The position numbers and the translations under genes were made by a program. DNA of 64,000 nucleotides. Origin: Amoebophrya sp. A120. Lineage: Eukaryota; Protista; Dinoflagellata. Below, in pieces: positions 56,955 through 64,000 of the stretch; within the stretch, counting starts at the first letter, position 1, and every line of letters starts with the position of its first letter. The notes below the pieces were generated by a model. The model did not search any database and was not told where the DNA came from. It saw only the letters and a list, made by a program, of their open reading frames with translations. Where the stretch lies: the NCBI GenBank assembly GCA_905178155.1, contig CAJINV010000005.1:3885556-3949555 (forward strand). Direction: 5' to 3'.

Positions 56955-59900
56955 CTATGAGCTGCGCGGTGTTGACACGAACTAGAACTACTGAGATGGA
57001 ATCGCAATAATAGTATCAGAATTGCTGCAGTTGTGAATCCGACGAAGCAAGTGTTGAGTGGGACGCTCGATCACGTCTGAGACTGAAGTGACTTTTTTAT
57101 TTCATAAGGCTAATGATGACCTTTTGATTTTGAATCGTAAACGAGGGTCGCTGGTGGTGCATACGCAGATAGAAACAGATACTGGGAATAAAGGGTTGCA
57201 ATTTTTGACATTTCATGCAGTCCAGATTGATGAATGGCCAACGCACGAAGTCGGGATTGCTATGCTTATTTCGGAATCTTCCACGTTATGCGGACTGCGC
57301 CAGCACAGCGGCTGTGCGTCAGTTTCACGGCAGAAGAACTAGATGAGTAAAAGACTGCGTACGGAGCATCAACAATGACTATGCCTGTGAAAATCGATTG
57401 TAGAAGATAGTACGCTGAACGCGTTTTCACCGAACGTTCGTGCGCGGCACAACCGAGTATTGGGAAAGTCTACGACAGAAGACCGATCCGAAAAAGCAGC
57501 ACATGGCAAAGGCGAGGACGTAATGCAGCACGCACCGATCTTGACAAAGCATTCTGCCGCAAACCGAGGGGGTACAATTTTGCGAAAAGCAACTTTTTCA
57601 TCACGAACCGAGTCTTGACCTGACAGAAACAGAAAGAGAAAGCAAGTATCGAAGCGAAATCATTCAACACTTTTCATTTCGGTATTTGGGAACGCCAATT
57701 TCATCGTTTTGCGAGCACGGGAAACTACCCTGGTTTCGTGCATACTACTTGCATGAAAATGAATCGAGTGGAGCAACTATTCTTTCGATGCAGGAAAAAT
57801 CGTTTGTGAAGATGAGACCAAGGCAGTTTCTAGAAGAATCTAGTGCGAGAAAACAAGTCCGTTCGCGCATGATGTGCTCGAGAGGCCGAGCGTCGTGCTG
57901 CACACTTGGCAAGAGAGCCGAGGTGAGCACTAACCGAAAGGCACAAACGACAGAACGTGCCTTGCACAAATTCATTCACTTTTCCTTTTTCTGTATTCTC
58001 AAGATAAAGTAGAAGTAGTTTTTGCCACCAGCTTCGACCTAGTATTTCTTTTTCACCCGAGGTTTCGACTGATAAAAAAGTATTTTTCCCGCTCAACATA
58101 CATGGTTCATGTGAAACATTCAAAAGAAATTGAAATTCTAAGTATCGCTAAATATCATAGCACTCCTCCCGCCTTGGCGCTTGGCTATTGAGATCAACAA
58201 CGTTTCCGCTGCATCTCCAAGAATGTGCAGTGCAAGTTTCTTGTCGGATGGTCTTCTAGAGTTGTATTCAGTTCTTGCACAAGAAAGGGGGGACCTGTTC
58301 TTCCTTTTTGCCCCGGCCAAGACGGGAAAAGTAAAATTCGACGCTGTTAATATAATCGCTTATTTCTCTACTTGAGTAAGTATTCAACCGCTATCGACAC
58401 TGAGCCTAGTAAAGAGAGCTAAGCTGGACTCAGTGGTTTGTATTCTACGCAGCAAAATGGTCGCATACCGGAGTCAGAAATTGACTTTCGTGCAAACAAC
58501 TGAAGCCTTCGCCCAGACACCTCCCTGACACAGTATTCGTAGTTGTCCGTTGTCGTAGTTGCGCCAACGCAGTCCCTATTGCAACTAAGTCAAGGTTGGG
58601 GGAAGGATGGTATCACAGAGCGTCTGATATCTGTCACCTGTGATTCGTCCACAAGGTGAGCCACAAGACCACCATTTTGACACAAAGAAGAAAGTAGCCA
58701 AACCAAAATCAGAGTCCCGAAGTGAAATTTCGCCCCCCAGGACTGATTACATGCTTGTGCCAGATACGAAATTCGATGCAAAATGTCTTTCCAAGGAAGC
58801 GAGTAGTCTGTAAATCTATTCATTTTTATTTCGTTGTTCTGTGTTGTTTCATTAATCCGAATATCAGGGCTTCTTTGACACGTCCTTCCCGAAGGCCACT
58901 CAATCTGCATTCTCACAAGAGTCAGGAAAGTGGTGAAAATATTGCATTCGTTGTTTAGAGTAAAACAATTTCAGAGGTTGTCAGCTAAAGTAAAAAAGTT
59001 TTTCGTGTACAGGTTGAAAAGCAAAATGTCTGAGAGAATTGAGAATTTGTACAGGCAGATTAGCTATTTCGATTGTCTTAATTTTGGTTGAAGATCGTGG
59101 CACAAAGGTCGGTAAGAGAGGTACGGAGTCTACCGCTCGCCGAGGAGATAAGTACTTTGTCGGAAAGAGCTCCTAGTACGTGAATGCGACCAGGAATGGG
59201 CACTGAGTGATAAACAAACTATCAAGAGCAGCAGCACCCTTTCCGGTGCACGTAGAAAAGAAGTTGTGTCTGGCTTGATGACGTGATCGAAAGCATGCCG
59301 GTCTGGCCCTCGATCCCGTCGTGCCGAATAAATGAGTTAGGCTTTATTTTGTAGTAGTAGGAAACAAAGCCGGTCGCTATAGCTACGTCGAAATAGAAAA
59401 TACTACTTACGGGTCGAATTGAGTGCGCGTGTCGTGAGAGATGTGTTTTATTGCCCACCTCAATTGATTTTGCTGTTATGCTTATTTTCTTCTGTACCTC
59501 CGTCATTATATGTAGTGCCCGGCCAACGTCGCAGGTGAAAGTGCAAATAGTCACTGCTGCGCGGCGCGCTCTTTTGCCGCTGCGACCTTCTACTTTGTGA
59601 GCAGTGCGACTGCTCTTCATAGCTGAGTAGAGTAGCGTGCTGCTTCGAAGTAGATGCTGCATATCTATATTGGGCCGCTGGACAACAAACCCATTTGAAT
59701 CCTTCGGCTAGGTTGGTCTTGGTCTCTGGTCCTACTGAAATCGTTAGGTTTTATATGCGTATTTCTTTTCGTCATAGCAGCGGCCAATGGGGTGTGTGTG
59801 ATCTGATTCTGATCGAAGCGATCTCCCCTAGCTATCATAGACACCAGTCATTTAGCCTGGTGCCCCGACCGCCAAAAAAGTCAGGTCGCGATAGCGCGAG

Positions 59901-60671
59901 ACTGCAGAAAGCTCCTTTCTGTCTAGATTTGTATCGCACAATGGTCATTTTCTATCTATACTTCGAGAATAAAAGGTGGCTTCTAATCTTCTAGGGCGGT
60001 TGCTCTATCTCGAATCGGCCGAGCGCGGATTTGTATCTTTAGGTATTTGTGGAATATCAATCGGTGAAATTGATGGAAAGTAGGGCTGCAACGAAGACAA
60101 TGAATCAATGCAAAGCAGTTGTTCGCATGCTTTTAAACCCGCTCCGCAGCCCGCGTTTTTGGTTTATGGTGTTTTTTGTTTTTCGTTTTTCAAGGTGTGC
60201 AAAAGACTCAATGCAAGTTGTACGTTAGTAATGTTTATTTTCCCGTTGGCGCAGAATCCAAATTTGTTTTGTAGTTGCTGGCGGTATGGAAAGGAAAAAG
60301 CAGTGCTATTGCTAGTCCGTCACAGGTGGTAAGTAGCTGCGTTGTGCTCTTAGCCTACTGGGCAACGTCACTGGCACACGCATAGAGAGAAATGAAAATG
60401 TGTGGACATCAGTATCAGAACGAAGAATCTCCGCCGTAAAAACATCAAACGAGTATCGACGAGCCTTGCGATCAGCACTGCTGCACTCGTTTGACGCTGT
60501 CCAGCAGATTCGCGCATCACATGTAGCAGGATCTACATTGTAGCGCCTTGTGACGGACTTTCATCATGCTAGCTGATTTTCCGAGGATAGAAAAAATCTC
60601 CATTCGGCTCGTGTTCGTTTTCCCGCCTTGTCCGACTCAGCATAAAGAAATGAAAAAAGCCGAGTGCTTTA

Positions 60672-63600
60672 TTACTCGGTGTCTTCGTCATCCACATCCG
60701 CTTTCATCGCGTCCTTGATCTTCTTGGTCTGCGCCATCCAGCAGTAGCAGGCCGGCACGACGGCGAGCAGCTGGACGCCCGCTCCGATGACAAAGAAGAC
60801 GTGTCGCGACTTCGTTCCCACCGGCTCCACGGACTTGGCAAAGTCGTAATCTTCCCAGATGTCCTGGAAGATTTTTCCGAACACGAAAGAGCCGATCGCC
60901 AGCACCACGAGGGAGCCGCCCAGTACCAGACCGAGCTGCTGCGGGTGCACGATGGATTTCATGTAGGCGGTGTTGATCGTGAAAATCCCGCCATACAGCA
61001 CCGCGATGAAGGCGGTCATAAACCACAGACCGAAGGGCGCGGCGGCGTTGTTCTCGTGGTCACTGTGCGTGCACGGCACCCCGCCGGCAGCGAACAGGGT
61101 GAAGAACAGGCCGTAGAGGGCGCAGCCAATCACAAACCAGATGGCGGAAGGCATCCACCACACGCGCTTGGCCAGGAATTCCATCAACAGGCCAACACCT
61201 GGAGTTTTTTTTGTATATTTATGGGGAAACAAAGCGATCTGTTTACACAATCGGGCCAGAATGCAATGTGGGAACGACGGGGAAAAAAAAGGAACCCAAG
61301 TGGGACAAACCAAGGCATTCATCTATTAGAGCACTGTGAAATTTTCAAATCGAATTCTACCTAATCGGCCGAACGCGTTTCCGAGGGTGAACGTGATTGT
61401 CAGGTACTTTTTGATGCTGTCCTTCATGATATGCTCGTGGGAGTCGTTGTGTGCGTCCAGCGTGCGAGCCAGCTTCCACGGGTCGTAGTAGATCTTTGCG
61501 TCTTCGCTATCGACCGTCAGCAAAATGTTTTGCTGGATTTCCAGCTTCAGGTCCAGTGTTTCGCTGGAACCCGCAGTTACGCCCGTTGCGGTTTTGAAGA
61601 AGGCTACCGGGATATCAAACGGAAAACAGTTTTGCTCACCGAGAAGAGAACCAGTGAGATGTTGCACAGTTTTGCTGGTGCGGTGCGGCGGCCCTTTTTT
61701 GTGCTCTACATCACATGTTCTTGTGGGCATCGGCCACGCTCACAGCAGAACGCTGCGGCGCGCTGATACAAAAACTATTCAAGCTTGTCTAGTCGGATGC
61801 TGATTGATGTTCTTGCACCGTAAAAAATTTGTTGTTGTTCATGACCAATTGCTCATGCAATAATACTTGTGTAACTCCGCCCTGGAGAACGAGAACCGTG
61901 GAAAGAACTGTTTTCGACTTGATACTGCACAATCTTCTGCCCGTTCTCGGACTTCTGGACGACATTCCCGATCCACTTCTTAAACGGCATTTTCTCTACC
62001 GCCGCGAAATCGTTGGCGAATTGCGGGTAGTGGCTGTTGCGGAGTTAATTTTTGGGACTGCATTTTGATTTGTTTTCGTCTGCTACTGCAAAACTTTAAA
62101 TGATTATTAGGATACAGTAGTACTTTTCTGAAAGAACTAGGGCAAAAAAAATATTTTTTACAAGCGCTCGTATTGCCACTTCTCCGTCTGTCCGCCTTCG
62201 GTCTTGCGCGCCGCCACTTCGGCGTCTGTGGCACCAATTTTGTGAATTGATTTACCCGCCTTCTTTTTGTTGATCGTGTTGTCGGCGAAAATAGAAGGCA
62301 TGGACTTCTGCTGGTCGTGCTGTTTCTGGAGAGCAATCAGATTTCGCAAATGGTGTCCGACATTTCCGTTGACAGCGCCGTCGCTGTTGAAAGTGTCGCG
62401 CTCCGCGGCATGCAGCAAATGCACTTTCGTTTCTCCGTTTTCCGTGCGCACCTGCCATCCGCTAACCGGCGTCAGTTTATCCAGAGCCTTCTGCAGCAGG
62501 TCGTCAACCTTCTGGAATTTGTCCGCCCCAAAGTACAGATCAAGCACGTCGCAGGGGGTCGTCATCGTGCAATCTTGCACTATCTTCTTGTTGTTGGCAT
62601 CTGATATTAATAAAGGCATCGGGATGGCGTCAAATTTGACTCGCAAAAATTTCGTAGCATGCAAGCTGACGGTGAGTGGACGGAAACACTTCACGAGCGG
62701 AGATGGAGAACCGTCGTCGCTCCCCGCGTATGATAAAAGTTAAGTTGCTATGATCCAGCTCCATTTAATTCTCACACGGATAAATAAAATATAAGGCTCT
62801 GTAGTTAATAACAGGGAAAGCCAAAAGATCTGTCCTTCTTGACCAACGTTGCAAAAGACAGCTCTTACCGCGATTGGACGTCATGAGGACTTTGTCGGCG
62901 GCCAGGGCGAATTTGGAGGCGTTCGCCGTGTTGAACTCGACGTCTTTCAGCAGGTACTTGAGTGAGAGAGACCGGACTTCGGCGCTTGCATCCGAGGAGG
63001 TGCGGAAGTTGAAGACGGACACCGGAATGCCGTTGTCCTGGGCGCTGGACACATGCATGTACTTCGGGACATTGGCGAATTGCGTCTGCACTTCCTTGAT
63101 AATCTTGTTAGCATCCTTCTGGCTGTCGCTCAAACTGGTGTGTTTTCATGGGAGGAGATCCGATGAGGAATAGATGTTACTACAACTGAGAGACTTGTGA
63201 TAACAAGTCAAACACAAAAATGCTGTTCTTTTTAATCTTTTGTTCATCGGATGTCGAGAGTTAAATAATAATATCCCGCGCTCGTTCTGAACAACAACAA
63301 AGCAAAGAAATGAAGTTAATACTTCGTTCCCCGTTGCGGCTTGAGTTGCTGCACAATGGTTTTGAAGTCGGTGTTAAAGTTGCCCTCCGCGTCTTTCGAG
63401 TTGACGACGTCGGCTTTCTGCAGCTTGTTCCACGTGACGATACCGATTTTGGACTTTCGCGAGGCCATAAACGCGTCGCCGATCGCATTGTTGAAAGCCA
63501 AACCCTGGGACTCCGAGAGCAGCATAACCAGGTAGCAGCAGATGACGCCCTTCCAGAAGGTGGGAGCGTGCTTTTTCTCGCCGGTGAGGGGCTGCTGTTC

Positions 63601-63963
63601 CTCCTCGTCCTCCTCGTCTGAGCTCTCATCCAGATTCTTGCCGGACACTAACCGAGCCTCATCCGCAATCGAGGAGCGTCGGCCGGTCGCGCTGTTCACG
63701 GACTTCCTATTCGCCTGCTTCTCCAAATCAGCCACGCTCACTTCCGCCTCTGCCTTCGGGGTGAAGAAGTAGTACATGAGTCCGGCCGACACACCAACGG
63801 CGCCAATCAGCGAACCCAGAGCAATGAAAAAGGTCATCATGCCACTGGCCTGTCGTGTTTTAGAAAAGGTTTGTTCATCATGATCCCTTTGTTCCGATGA
63901 CGGAACATTACGCCGAGGAGGTTCTTTCCGACTATGGGATGCACAGATAACTCGAGTAATCAA
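60672..63963 (-). CDS. MFS transporter (nodulin-like/MCH1-type), probably 5'-partial, with a large hydrophilic insertion
   Basis: TM segments and MFS-like motifs TFWKGVICCYLVMLL, FTLGNAFGRL, LYGGIFTINTAYMKSIV, GSFVFGKIF; several exons separated by short AT-rich introns. Confidence 0.7.
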
Positions 63964-64000
63964 AGTTTTTCCACTATCGGGCTAAGAAACAAACAGCGTA

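Noticed and set aside
57000-60600. Possible fragmented gene or ncRNA
   Set aside because: No recognisable motifs, repeats or introners, so it cannot be supported from the sequence alone.
1-64000. Autonomous transposase for the introners
   Set aside because: No ORF with DDE or recombinase motifs bounded by TAT...ATA TIRs was seen. The only mobility enzyme is the LINE APE-RT.

Overview
Eukaryotic genomic DNA, most likely a parasitic alveolate of the Amoebophrya (Syndiniales) type. This is inferred from intron architecture and unidirectional gene blocks, not from a database match. The dominant feature is an invasion of coding exons by at least 31 short non-autonomous TIR elements (about 160-380 bp cores, about 6 families). 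Nearly all run TAT...ATA and all are flanked by a 5-bp direct repeat (DR). Removing an element plus one DR copy restores the reading frame and conserved motifs (RING-H2, SNF2 helicase motifs) and rejoins the UGT, SCAMP-like and Deg protease frames. They therefore behave as non-canonical, orientation-independent introns (introners). DR mismatches indicate that the upstream DR copy is the one kept in the mRNA. Two introners carry nested retroposon insertions with their own TSDs. Recognisable genes lie on + from 1 to 16.9 kb (membrane RING-H2 E3, METTL21-like methyltransferase, unknowns). They lie on - from 18.3 to 64 kb (repeat-containing membrane protein, UDP-glycosyltransferase, RAD26/ERCC6 with 9 introners, SCAMP-like, Deg/HtrA protease, MFS transporter). 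The convergent strand switch coincides with two AT-rich blocks that enclose an intronless basic-tailed orphan gene and an intact single-ORF APE-RT non-LTR retrotransposon. No transposase for the introners is visible in the window. Exon models were built by hand and outer gene boundaries are approximate.
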